This document shows, piece after piece, positions 51,237 through 62,827 of a stretch of DNA of 64,000 nt. The position numbers and the translations under genes were made by a program. The stretch lies in the NCBI RefSeq assembly GCF_030028105.1, contig NC_092391.1:30725223-30789222 (forward strand), written 5' to 3'. Below the pieces are notes generated by a model, which searched no databases, was not told where the DNA came from, and saw only the letters and a program-made list of their open reading frames with translations. This stretch comes from Mobula birostris. Taxonomy: Eukaryota. The stretch's first letter is position 1. Each line of letters starts with the position of its first letter.

Positions 51237-52594
51237 ATGAACAAATTCACTGGTGACCTTCCAGTGATTCTTCTGGATTTATAAACTATACTGTGCCTGT
51301 TTTCCCTGGTATCCAAGAGCTGGACATCCTAGACACCAGAGCTGTCAGAATTCTGAAGGAAATTAAAGAAATCCACAACAAAACAAGCAGTATTGTGTGA
51401 AAAGACTTAATCTTCAAATGTAAATCTCAAATGTAAAGGACTCAAAGCTCAAACCTGGATATTTATTGGCATTCTGGGGATATTCTATACTTTTCACCTT
51501 ATTCCTCTCCTCAGGTATTTCACTGAGGTCATTTTGATTCACTCTTTCCGCTAAATATGCCCACGCATGAGCACCGCATTTATACATTATTGCATTGCGG
51601 GTTTAGCACATAAAACAACAGATTTACTTCTACACCATCAGATACATAAAAACGGACATAAGTGGAACAGGAGGAATCAACTGCCGGCTTGCTGTGGTGC
51701 AGTTGGTTTCCTGCTTTGACTGGAATGGAAAACAAAGCAATTTACCAACTTGCAACAAACGTTATTGTTTTCCTCCTTCGGTCTTTCTGTTCTCATCTTT
51801 TGTCCCTTGTGTCCCATTGTGTTTCTTTGTAAGTTCACCACTCATCTCCTTTTCGGTGTCAAAGACGGATGTAACTCAGTCCAATGTTTTGCTGTGGTCA
51901 GTCAAGAAAGGATTAACTTCCAAGCAGTCTCCCCTCTTGCTTTGCCAGTGGCTTTTGAAAAATTGCTACCAATTTAGGTCCAATGGTAAAAAATTATCCA
52001 AAACTTGTTTTAAGCCTGATGCTAGAAGTTAAAAACTTCTGCGATTTAAATTACAAGCAGCAAGCTAAAAGCAGAGCTAAATTGCAACCAAGTGCAGGTA
52101 TGCAGTCACATCACGGTCCTATCAGTTACACCACATCCAGCAACTAATCATTTTCATTTACTCTTCCGAGTCTGATCTCTAAAGTCACTCTGAAAAATGC
52201 TTTTCCAGCAAAACCTCAGCGTTTTGGGTTTCCAGCTAATCTGTTTCATCGTAGAGTTTAATCGGGAAGTCTTTTTGAGACAAGATCCATCATCAAGATT
52301 AATGACTAAAATGATTGTGACAACAATGTCTTTTTCAACATTGTCTCAAGGGATGGTCAAGAGGATTTCCAGATTTTGACCACATTGGGCTGTAAAAATA
52401 ATCACTGATGTTGATGGGGAATTCTTAAAAGAGAGTAAAATACTATTTTCAAAATGTACAAGCAGGTCTTCCCCAAAACATTCCAGGTACATTTGAAATG
52501 CACAGCACATGCCAAACCTGATTAAAAAACATTCAGAAACTGACTTACAGTGAAAACAGACTGATTTCTGAAAATTTATTCAGTGAAATAAGAA

Positions 52595-52875
52595 CACGGT
52601 AGCATAGCGGTTAGCACAAAACTGTACAGTACAGGTGACCAGGGCTCAATTCCCGCTGCTGCCTTAAGGAGTTTGTATGTTTTTCCCGTGACCACGTGGG
52701 TTTCCTCCGGGTGCTTTGGTTTCCTCCCACAGTCCAAAGATGTACTGGTTGGTAGGTTAACTGGTCTTTGTAAATTGTCCAATGACTAGACTAGGATTAA
52801 ATATTGGGGGTTGCTGAGCGGCAGAGCTTGAAGAGCCGGAAGGGCCAATTCTATGCTGCATCTCAATAAATAAAA
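52595..52875 (+). mobile_element. tRNA-derived V-SINE (HE1-like), fairly intact
   Basis: A-box-like tagcatagcggtt, B-box-like gctcaattccc, V-domain gggtttcctccgggtgctttggtttcctcccacagtccaaaga, tail ctcaataaataaa. Confidence 0.8.
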
Positions 52876-52884
52876 AATCAATTA

Positions 52885-53240
52885 AAAACTGAGAAGCTTG
52901 AGCAAGGCCTTTTCTCTTTGGATTGATGGAGGATGAGAAGCAACTTGATGTAGTTGTATAAGATTATGAGTTGCATAGGCAGAGCCAGCACCTTTGTTTC
53001 CCAGGGTGGCAATGGCCAAAACCAGAGCACTCATGTTCAAGATGAGTAGAGGAAAGTACACGGAAGATTTCAAAGATTCTGTCTGTTTTTACACAGACAG
53101 TGATGGGTTCCTGGAATGCACTACTGACGATAGTGGTAGAGGTTGACACAAGAGGGACATTTGAAAGACTTCTAAATAGGCACTTGAATGTAGGAAAACA
53201 TTCATGGGTTGAAGGGCCCTTCACTACTCTTATGTTCCAT
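52885..53240 (+). mobile_element. CR1 3' relic
   Basis: ttgtataagattatgag...ttttacacagacagtgatgggttcctggaatgc. Confidence 0.7.
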
Positions 53241-53639
53241 GATCTAAAACAGTCTTGAAAGCTTTTTAAAACAGTGTAAGAGTTGAAGCATTTTCAGTGG
53301 CCTTCGCTGGCAAGAAAAGGTAGGAAGGAGGAAATCAATTAGATGTTTTTAGTTAGGTGTAATGATGATTTGCATAGCTCCAATGAGGAAAAGCGAAGTG
53401 ATAACATGGCATCTTCCAATGGGAGGCTTGCTTTGTAATAAAGAGGGCATAGATCGTTGTCAATGTAATGAAGTCTGTAACTATATTTACAGCAAAAACC
53501 ACAAAACTGTGTGAGAAACAACATATTCACTTCTTGGTGATAATAACTTGTCCAAGGACCTGCTGCAATTCAGCTGTGGCCACAACAAATCTACAGTAGA
53601 CACAACCTAGACACAAAGACAAGGCCCATTACAACTTAT

Positions 53640-53785
53640 GAGCACTGAGAGAATGCCGATTTGTCTGCAATACTCTTTACAGAAAAGCGGTTGAATGAAG
53701 CCCTTGTATACTTAAATACGGAGGTGGAGAGTGTAAAGGATTCCATGACTGCCTTTGAAGAAGAGGATTGGAATGTTCTCAGACA
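53640..53785 (+). mobile_element. Ancient Deu-domain SINE relic (SacSINE1/AmnSINE1-like)
   Basis: gcactgagagaatgcc...gtc...ggttgaatgaagccc...aggtggag...gtaaaggattccatgactgcctttgaagaagag...gttctc resembles the remembered Deu core. Confidence 0.55.
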
Positions 53786-54730
53786 TTTTTTTCCGTTTGT
53801 AGAAACATGCTTACAATCTGTTTTGTTAATTTAGTTTCCATCTCTGAAGGGCTCACATAAATGAAATTTTACAGCTCCCTCATGGTTGTAATGTTTCCAG
53901 TACACCATGAAGTAACAACATAGGAAAATGTAAATGCTTTAATGTCCAAATTGTTTTTGAAGAACCATTTTCTTTAACCAGCAAATCAATGATGTCATTA
54001 CAACAAAATGTGCTTAAGGAATACAAGTCTTTTAATGAAAACAACTCCACGGCTCTTTATTTTAAGGAATTGTCATTTTCAATGAAATTTATTGAGACAA
54101 TATAACTATTTCTGACAGCCTTGACAATAATGAAGGTTAATATGAAAGCTAACCAAGCTTCATGAGTTTAACTGTGTTTCCCAGACAAACTAGTTGTCTG
54201 AAAGAACAATCCAAACTGATTGCCTAGTGATTTATTGGGCCAGATATTCAATGAATGGACCAAACCTTCTCGAATGCAAACTTCTGTTGGGTTGAAATTT
54301 GTAATACCTGAGCAAAGGTAGATACCCCGCCCTCCTTCAACGAGGCTAAGTAGTGATCCTGGGACATTGGACTCTTCTCAGAGTGCATTTAGGGAATGCA
54401 GCTTCCACAGATTTCCCAACACTTAGGAATGTGCTCACTGAGTCTTGTGACAGATTATCCTGGTTTAAATTCAGTGGAAGCATCTGTGCACCAAAGCATG
54501 AGAATAAGAACAGGTCCTTTTCATTTTAAAAAAAAATTGCATTTGGGTATTTTTAACCTTTTTAACTTTTAAATGCTAGTAGCTTTAAAAGTTCTTTGGT
54601 TTTCTCTGGATATCAAAGGTATTCACAAACATTTAATCACACTGGCAATGCTGGGAGTTTTAAAGGAAGCAGGCTGGCATCACTGCCCATCAAAACCATT
54701 GTGGAAGGTGACACCAGCCTCAGAGAGGCC

Positions 54731-55590
54731 TCAGATCCTACTACCAAACATATCTTTATCTCCCCCCCCCCACCCCCATCTGCTTTCCACAGGGATTGCT
54801 CCTTTGGGATTCTCTTGTCCATTTGTCCCTCCTCACTAATCTCCCTCCCAGCACTTACCCCTGCAAGCAGCCAAAGTACTACAACTGCCCATATACCTCC
54901 TGCCTCACCTCCATTCAGAGCCCCAAAGATAGCCCTTCCGGGTGAGGCAACACTTCAACTGCGAATCTGCTAAGGTTGTCTGTTGTGTCCAGTGCTCCCA
55001 ATGTGGCTTCCTCTACATTGTTGAGATCCGTTGTAAATTGGGGGACCACTTTGCTGAGCACCTCTGCTCTATCTGCCAAACGTGGAACTTCCTGGTGGCC
55101 AAACGTTTTAATTCCAATTCATATTCCCATTCCGGCATGTCGGTCTGTGATCTTTTCCTGTGGCACAATGAACCTATTATCAGAGTGGAGGAGCAACACC
55201 TGATATTCTGTCTACGTAACCTCCAACCTGATGGCATGAACATCAAATTCTCCTTCCAGTGTTTTTCCCTCCTCCTCCCTTCTTCTTATATTCCCCACTC
55301 TGACCTCTGACCTCTTCTCACCTGCCTAACACCTACCCCTGGGTCCCCACTTCCTATCCTTTCTTCTTTGGTTCACTTTCCTCTCCAGCCCTTTAACCTT
55401 TCCTACACACCTAGCTTCACCTATCACCTTCTAGCTATCTTCCTTCCCCTCCCCCCACCTTTTTATTTTGGCATCTTCCTCCTCCCTTTCCAGTCCTGAA
55501 GAAGGGTCTCGGCCCGAAACATCAACTGTTTATTCATTTCCATAGATACTCTCTGAGCTGCAGAATTCCTCCAGCATTTTGTGAGGGTTG
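54731..55590 (+). mobile_element. Penelope-like element 3' part with a GIY-YIG endonuclease remnant
   Basis: ORF 54942-55310 VRQHFNCESAKVVCCVQCSQCGFLYIVEI...DHFAEHL...RVEEQHLIFCLRNLQPDGMN matches the PLE GIY-YIG pattern; pyrimidine-rich UTR; hammerhead-containing tail. Confidence 0.9.
55491..55528 (+). ncRNA. Minimal type-I hammerhead ribozyme motif of the Penelope element
   Basis: CAGTC-CTGAAGA-A-GGGT-CTCG-GCCC-GAAAC-ATC-AACTG; inferred ancestral form ...GAAACGTC^GACTG, with two CpG decays. Confidence 0.75.
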
Positions 55591-56159
55591 CCATATATAC
55601 TACACTTGGCTACGCCAGTAAGCTGGTAGGAGGATTTGCACTGGAAGAACACTCGCAAGAGCCTACTCTGGAAGAGAGGCCTTAAGGCTGAGTGACCAGC
55701 AGATCTGGGTAGCTGACCAGTCAGCAGAAGACCTGACTCAGCCTGTATATTCCAGAGATGTCCTCTGAGGCAGAGCAGGCTCCAACAGTGAGTAGGCCTC
55801 AGGCAATGCACCACCAATACTCTGCACAGGAACAGTGGGGCTGCCTTTGACAGTTTGCAAACAGCAAAGGCTTTTTAATTATTCCTCAGTACAGACAGAG
55901 ACATCCAAAGACAGCTCAGATTTAAATAAGTATTAAAAATCAAACACAAAGGAGTAAAAGAAAGTATAATTAAAACATATTTGATATTCATAAATAACTG
56001 AATATTTTCAAATAAAGTAACTGATACCTCATTTGAATGGATAAGAGTTACCATTCATTTAACACCCTTCCTTGCTTGAGCTCAAAATATGCTGAGCCCT
56101 GATCTGCTGTCACTAGCAGTTCCTTAAAAAGTCCTCAGCCATCCATCATTTTAATTCTG

Positions 56160-56420
56160 CCTATTTATTTATTTATGTATTGACAAACAGTGTGGAGTAG
56201 ACCCTTCTGGACTTTTCAGCCGCGCCACTCTGCAAACCCCCAATTTAATTCTAGCCTAATCACAGCACGATTTACAATGACTAACTAACCTACCAACTGG
56301 TTTGTCTTTGGTCTGTGGAGCACCCAGAGGAAACCCACACTCGGTCACGCCTTACAGGCAGTGGTGGGAATTGAACCCTGGTCGCTGGTACTGTAAAGTG
56401 TTGTGTTAACTGCTACCCCA
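56160..56420 (-). mobile_element. V-SINE (same family as 52595-52875)
   Basis: Reverse-complement similarity to 52595-52875; (TTTA)n tail at the left end. Confidence 0.75.
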
Positions 56421-58877
56421 ATGTGAGGTGAAGATATGGAAGAATAAGACTTATAAGTATCTGGTTGATATTGTTGGCTAGAAATAATTTGCCAGTTTTA
56501 ATAACACTATTTGGGATAAGTACATGGATAGGAAATGTTTAATGAGAGATAGGCCAAATACCAGCAAGGTTAAATGGGACTGTTAGTCAATATAGGCCAA
56601 AGCGGTTGATTCAGTAGAGTAATAGTAGATGTGTCTGTAACACTTGCAATAAATATATATATAAAAACTACCAAATGACATTGGTTGACATTTTATAAAC
56701 TAATTTTCATGGATTTTGGTACAAGCAAATACCAATAATATCTATTTTGAAAAGAAAATACAGTATTCATGATTCATGAACTAAGGAAGTAAAAAATAAT
56801 GCTGCATCCAAAGAGCAAAAAGGGTTGGGTCAATGTGGAATAAAATTAAATTTTGTTGTCAGGCTTGACTAGCTAAGTATAGCTCAAGGTTTGATATAGC
56901 AGGATGACAGGGTAAGACGCTGACGCTACCTTGCTTGTGCTAGCTAACAATAGTGAGCAGTAGATGAGGCCGGTAATGAGGTACTGTTAACCTTTGTCCG
57001 AGACGGCTAGCTAATAGAGGAACGGACTGTAGACATGCAGTTCTAATTTTGTGTATTGCACGGTAACATTTGTGAACTGGCTGATACCTAACAAGAGCTG
57101 CCTGAAATCATGGACTAAGTCTGTTCTACTGTTGGTTATTACCCAAAATACACTGTATAAATTTAAGATGTAACCTGACATTGGCGAAGTCATAAGGCAA
57201 CCACTCTCCGTGGTTACATATTAAAGGGTTAACTGTATACCAAGGTCTGTGTCTTTATTTTTGTTTGATAACGGGATGAATTATTTTACAGTAAAATATG
57301 GTAAAATAGGGTAGATTCTTTGACAGTCAGTGTCTCTTGGCATGCTTGAGAGAAGATATGGGTGTCAGAGAAATAATAATAACGGACATTGCATTGTTCT
57401 TAAATTCAGAATACATCATTCTGTGGCCAAAATCTATTTCATCCATGCCTTGTAGACAAGCACAGAAAAATTCCCATTTTGTTCCTTTCAGGTTACATGT
57501 CACATATTTACACCATACAACTTGTCAGAATTTCAGCTAGATAAAGTTCATATTTGGCAGGTATTAGCTTCTTTGAAAAGACTTTTAGAGAGTTAAAAAC
57601 AGTTGAAAAGTGCCAATATTTGCATTGTGTCCAACTATATAAAAAAAATCAGTAAAAGTTATTGGTTTTCCAGCCCCTTCATTCTGCTGCTATGATTACA
57701 ATGAAATTATAAATGACAAGAGTTCAGTCATATCATTTTGATAGAGAAAAAAATCCACCAGCAAATTGTTCAGATTTTCATTCACAAGTTTTTACCATTT
57801 CTGGACTTACATACATATCTTCATCTTGAGCAAATACTAAACAAATTGTAATTTTACAATTTATTAGACAACATCGATAAATATCTGAGCAAAGGAGTCA
57901 TGAACAAACAACCAATAAGGTCAATGGAAACCATTCGACTAGTAAAATGTTCATGGAAATAGTTCAAAGTATTTCAGTTATTACACGCTAAAAAGCAATT
58001 GCTGAAGTCAAAATCCAAATCTGTTTCATAGATATGTGAATTATGTACAAAAAAAAATGTGATGTATCGTTTACTCAAGCACTTTCTACAATCTTGAGAA
58101 ATTCTACAGAAACAGGTCTCTGGCTCAGCATTGCTGGAACCTATCCAGTCAGCTTAGACAAGTAAGCTCAAATAACAGGCAGCCATAGTACATGAACCCA
58201 TGACCTTCTGAAAGGAAGTCGAGTGATTGACTGCTTCAACTCCTGAGCGACCTCTTTATCTTTCTTTTCATTTTTGACCTACTTAAATAATTTCAACAAA
58301 TTTCATGCCCATAAAGGAATAACATCAAAAGGCTCCATTATCACCGATATCAACTCATTGTTCGCACAGCTTCTCCAAACAGCACTGATGTACACATCAT
58401 ACAATTATGGCAAATGTGGACTAATATTTGCTTTAACAAGAGATTCTCAATGCTGGAGATGGTCATGGGTGGACAGGTTAGAGGGAAAGCAAGTGCAAAC
58501 TGCCAAGTGTGTTCCTATTTTACTTTTTCAGCATACCATTGTTTACTATCAGATTGAATCATATCAAGTTGAAGTCAATTCGTAAACAAAAAATCTGCTA
58601 AATCAGCTAATATAAAATGCTAACTACAGTGGACAACAATTTATTTTCTGAACGTGTTGCTTCCTTTTGTGGTTATGGTAGACCACTTGAAGCTGAATAC
58701 AAATGTTATTTCAGACTAATTGCATCACGTAGGGATTTGGAGAAACAAGAAATTAACTTTTATTGAATATAATGTGTTTATTTGTGTAACAGTACTGACG
58801 CTTTGCATCGTTCAAATAAGCTAAAAGGTTTTGCTGATGATTTTCATTTTTCACTACTAATTTAATTTAACTATTTT

Positions 58878-58901
58878 ATATATATATATATATATATATA
58901 T
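58878..58901. repeat. (TA)n microsatellite within a Rex1-type UTR relic
   Basis: tatatatatatatatatatatat. Confidence 0.9.
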
Positions 58902-60261
58902 TCATACCGTAATTCACAGGTTTTTTCCTCTATTATTACACATTGCATTGTACTGCAGCCTCAAAGTTAACAAAATTTCACAACATATGCCAGTGATGCT
59001 AAACCTGAATCTAATTGTACTCAGTGTCTGAGGCTTCTTGCTTAAGTGTCCAACAGTAATCAGCCAGTACTGATGGATTCCAGTTGCCCTGATACCATTT
59101 CTCCATGCTCATCACTGACAAGACCAAGATTTGCAGGGAAACTGTCTGAATGGGAATGCAGAAAATAAATCTTATGAAGTGACATGTTGCACTTCATGGT
59201 TTTGTGTACTTGAAGCATATTGTGAACCAGCTGCATGTAGTTTGGTCAACAACATCCTTGAATACCTTCCATGTGATTTTCTACGGTCTCGCTAGAAGGT
59301 CGTCAAATTGCCTGTCATTGATGACCTGTTTAATTTGTGGACTGACAAAATTGCCTTCTTTAATCTTGGCATCAGTTATTCTGGGAAGCATCTGTCTCAA
59401 ATATCGAGATCCTTCACAGAATTTTTTTGCCTTTCTAAAACCTGTCCTGCCATGCAGCATCTACCCTGCCTAAGCATGGAAAACCTGGAAAGGTAGAAAC
59501 ACTTTCAGCTTACATTGTGGGCATAATTTTAATTGCCTTAAATTATTAATTGAAATAACAAATATAGGTGATTTCAAACAAATGATGCATGATAGGGAAA
59601 TTTAATGGTGTTTCATGATCAGCTGCCCAAAATCCATAAGATACACCCAAAAGTATTCAGGAAGCAAAATCTCTGTTTTGCAATGCTTTTAATGAAATTA
59701 AGTCAGATTTGCAAAGAAGTTAAAGTAAAGCAGAAACTATTATTTTATAGATTTAAAAAATATTAACATGCTCCTGTCTGAATAGTCCTTAATTCTGGAA
59801 CACTAGCAGAATTCAAAGTGACAACTTCCTCCAAAAGATGCAAATATGAGTGCTTAATTATTTAAGAAGCGGATTTCAGGTTTTTGCTACATTACCGGTT
59901 AATTTTCTGCGGACACCATCCTAACACCTGGGAGAACATCCACCCACCTGCAGCAATTAAAACCATTTTAATAAAATTATAACCAGTATAAAAGTAAGAT
60001 GCATTTTTGAAGTTTGCAAATTGTGAATAATCAGTGAAAGAAGTTATCCTTTATTCAAACCAGTTAAGTTAGCAGGGAGGACTCTGAACTTTAGAACACC
60101 AGTGATTGCACATGTGGAAGTTGTATTGTTCAATCACAGAACAGTTAGAGCTTAGAAAGACTCCTGGCCTCTCAAGTCTGCATTGATTTGACAAATAAGC
60201 ATTCCAAATAGTCCTACTCACTTGTTCCCTCCCCAAAGTCCTGAAAATTCTTTTTCAGATA

Positions 60262-60797
60262 TACACTAAGTGGAGACTTTATTAGATACCTCCTATACCT
60301 AATGAAGTGGCCACTTAGTGTATGTTTTTGGTCCTCTGCTGCCCTAGCCTTATACTTCAAGGTTCAATATGCTAAGCCTTCAGAGATGCTCTTCTGCAAA
60401 CCCTTCTTGCAACACTTAGTTATTTGAGTTATTGTTGCCTTCCTGTCAGCTTGAACCAGTCTGGCCATTCTCCTCTGACCTCTCTCATTACAAGGCATTT
60501 TCACCTTACTTTCCACTTACTGGAGTTGCTTGTTTTGTTTTTCTCACTATTCTCTGTAAACTCTCGAGACTGTTGTGCATAAAAATCCCAGGAGATCAGC
60601 AGCCTCCAAGATACTTAATCCACCCCATCTGCCCGTCTGAGATGCTCAAACCAGCCTGTCAGCAATCATTCCATGGTCAAAGTCACTTAGATCACATTCT
60701 TTCCCCGTTTTGATATTTAAGTTGCTGCCATGTGATTGGCTGATTAGATATTTGCAATAAAGATTAGATGTACCTAATAAAATGGCCACTGAGTGTA
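60262..60797 (-). mobile_element. Tc1-like non-autonomous element
   Basis: TA-flanked TIR CACT(C/A)AGTGG(CC/AG)AC/TTTTATTAG; minus-strand remnant DLSDFDHGMI...ADLLGFLCTTVSRVYRE of a Tc1 transposase N-terminus. Confidence 0.85.
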
Positions 60798-61740
60798 CAT
60801 GTACAGGTCTTTCTAAAATTTTTACAAATCAGCTTGCCTCCACCTGGCAATGCACTTCAGACCCTAATCAGTCAAAGAGTCGCAGAGCACGGAAAACTCA
60901 CTGTGTAAAACACATTTCTTGTTCCAGATGGTTGTTCTGAATCTCTTGCTAATCATCTTTACCCCATATCACCAATTTCTTCACCTCTGTATCAACAGCA
61001 ATCACCTCCCTCTACTTTATCAAGGCAGTTCATAATTAAGTACGTTTATCAACTTGTTTAAAATACACTTGTGCAAATTGTACTTAGAAGCTTCCATTAT
61101 CTTACTTGAAACAGATTACTCGAAGAAGCATTTTGAAAACATTTTTTTCTTATATTCATTAGTTTTATCTTCAATACTTTTACTTTGTAAATACAATTTT
61201 TCTAGAAATGTATTGAACTTAAATAATAGCACAGAATGTTGAACCTAATGATGCATTTCATAATAAAATTGACTATCCTCGGAATTGATCTAACAACAGA
61301 AAATGTTCCCAAAGGGAGAAGAAAAATCTATTCTTGTCCACTTAAGTTAAAACGTTCCTATCAGTATTTCAATAGATAAGCAAGTGGAGTCCCAATCATT
61401 CCTCTAAACGTTAATTCCAAGCAATTAACTTGCATTTCACTATAAGCATAAAAATAATGTTTATGTCTTTCACAATACAAATTATTCCTTTTCCAGTTAA
61501 TTCCACTAGCAGGTCTTCATCATCGCATAATGGTGAGAGTTCAACTGATAACTTGTCTTGCCTCAATTACTGAAAGATTTATCCTTGGCAGACTCTATGT
61601 ACTATATAGCATCCATTTAACAGCCTAGTCATTTATATGCACCACAGGACAATCAGGTGTGAAGGTTTATAATTTGCTCAAAAACAATCAAATAAGTATT
61701 CTGATTTATAACACTAATTTATTTGTAGTAATATTTTACT

Positions 61741-62267
61741 GCTGTACCATTGAGAGCATACTCACCAACTGCATCTCAGTGTGGTATGGCAATTGTCCGT
61801 ATTGGACCGCAAAGCACTCCAGCGTGTGGTGAAAACTGCCCAGCGAATTATTGGCACCCAATTGCCCACCATTAAGAACATCTACCATAAACGCTGCCTA
61901 GGCAGGGCGAAAAGCATCATCAGGGATGCATCTCACCCTAACCATGGACTTTTTACTCTCCTCCCATCCAGTAGGCGCTACAAGAGCCTCCGCTCCTGCA
62001 CCAGTAGGCTCAGGAACAGCTTCTTCCCTGAGGCTGTGACACTGCTGAACCTTTCATCACAGCGCTAAGCAGTATTGCATCTGTATTGTACTGTCTCAGT
62101 ACTTTTATATTTGTGTGCTGTAGAACTTTTTTTATTCACAGTTATTTTGTAAATAACACTATTCTTTGCATTTCTGGTCAGATGCTAAATACATTTCATT
62201 GGCTTTGTATCTGTACTCGGCACAATGACAATAAAATTGAATCTAACCTAATCTAATCTAATCTAAT
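61741..62267 (+). mobile_element. Rex1/Babar LINE 3' fragment, nested in a (TTGAAC)n-tailed element
   Basis: CTIESILTNCISVWYGNC...DRKALQRVVKTAQRIIG...DASHPNHGLFTLLPSSRRYKSLRSCTSRLRNSFFPEAVTLLN; (AATCT)n tail. Confidence 0.92.
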
Positions 62268-62827
62268 TATTTTATGTGTTATGTGTGTCCATTATATGTA
62301 CTGTGCTGTGCATCTTGGTCTGGAGGAACATTGCTTTGTTTAGTGGTATACATGTGTATGGTTGAATGGAAATAAACTGAACTTGAACTTGAACTGTTCC
62401 AACAAAAATTAAGTGCCAGTCATGTACTGAAATTGTCTGAGAAGAAATGACCCAAGCGCCCATTGCTAAGAACCTCATTACCAGACCCTGGCACTGGACA
62501 GACTGTATATTGTCAACTGCTTCAAATCTCCTCTTAATGAGTCATATCAGTCATATTGACTTCAATGGACTTGTAATCGAGAAGCTGACTGCAACCCACT
62601 GATCCGACTCTGTCTTTTAATGCACTGATGTACTGTATGATGTAATGCGCTGTTCTACTTTCTTCTCCTTAGGTACTCACTTGTGAATGATTTGTTCTGC
62701 TGCAGATCTGTGGGTGCTGAACTGCCTGTGTGGGAGTGCAGACTTTTCGACAGATGTGGCCACAGGAAGTGCCCGACAGGGGGATAGTTTTTAAGGTGGC
62801 ATTCTCCTTCCACTACTTACACCGGGC

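Noticed and set aside
50969-51316. Glu/Arg-rich and Pro/Leu/Ser-rich ORFs
   Set aside because: Artefacts of the GA low-complexity tract.
52180-52395. Minus-strand acceptor (tttttacag) followed by unique sequence, as the missing upstream ASTN2 exon
   Set aside because: All three frames stop within about 18 codons, and none resembles ASTN2.
56854-57290. Possible solo LTR (TG...CA, TATA-like and ATTAAA motifs); a similar candidate lies at 39904-40252
   Set aside because: No TSD and no second copy in the window, so the boundaries cannot be supported.
62673-62790. Plus-strand acceptor followed by a Cys-rich peptide (CGHRKC) as a TRIM32 RING remnant
   Set aside because: The Cys/His spacing does not fit a RING domain, and the frame stops after about 37 codons.
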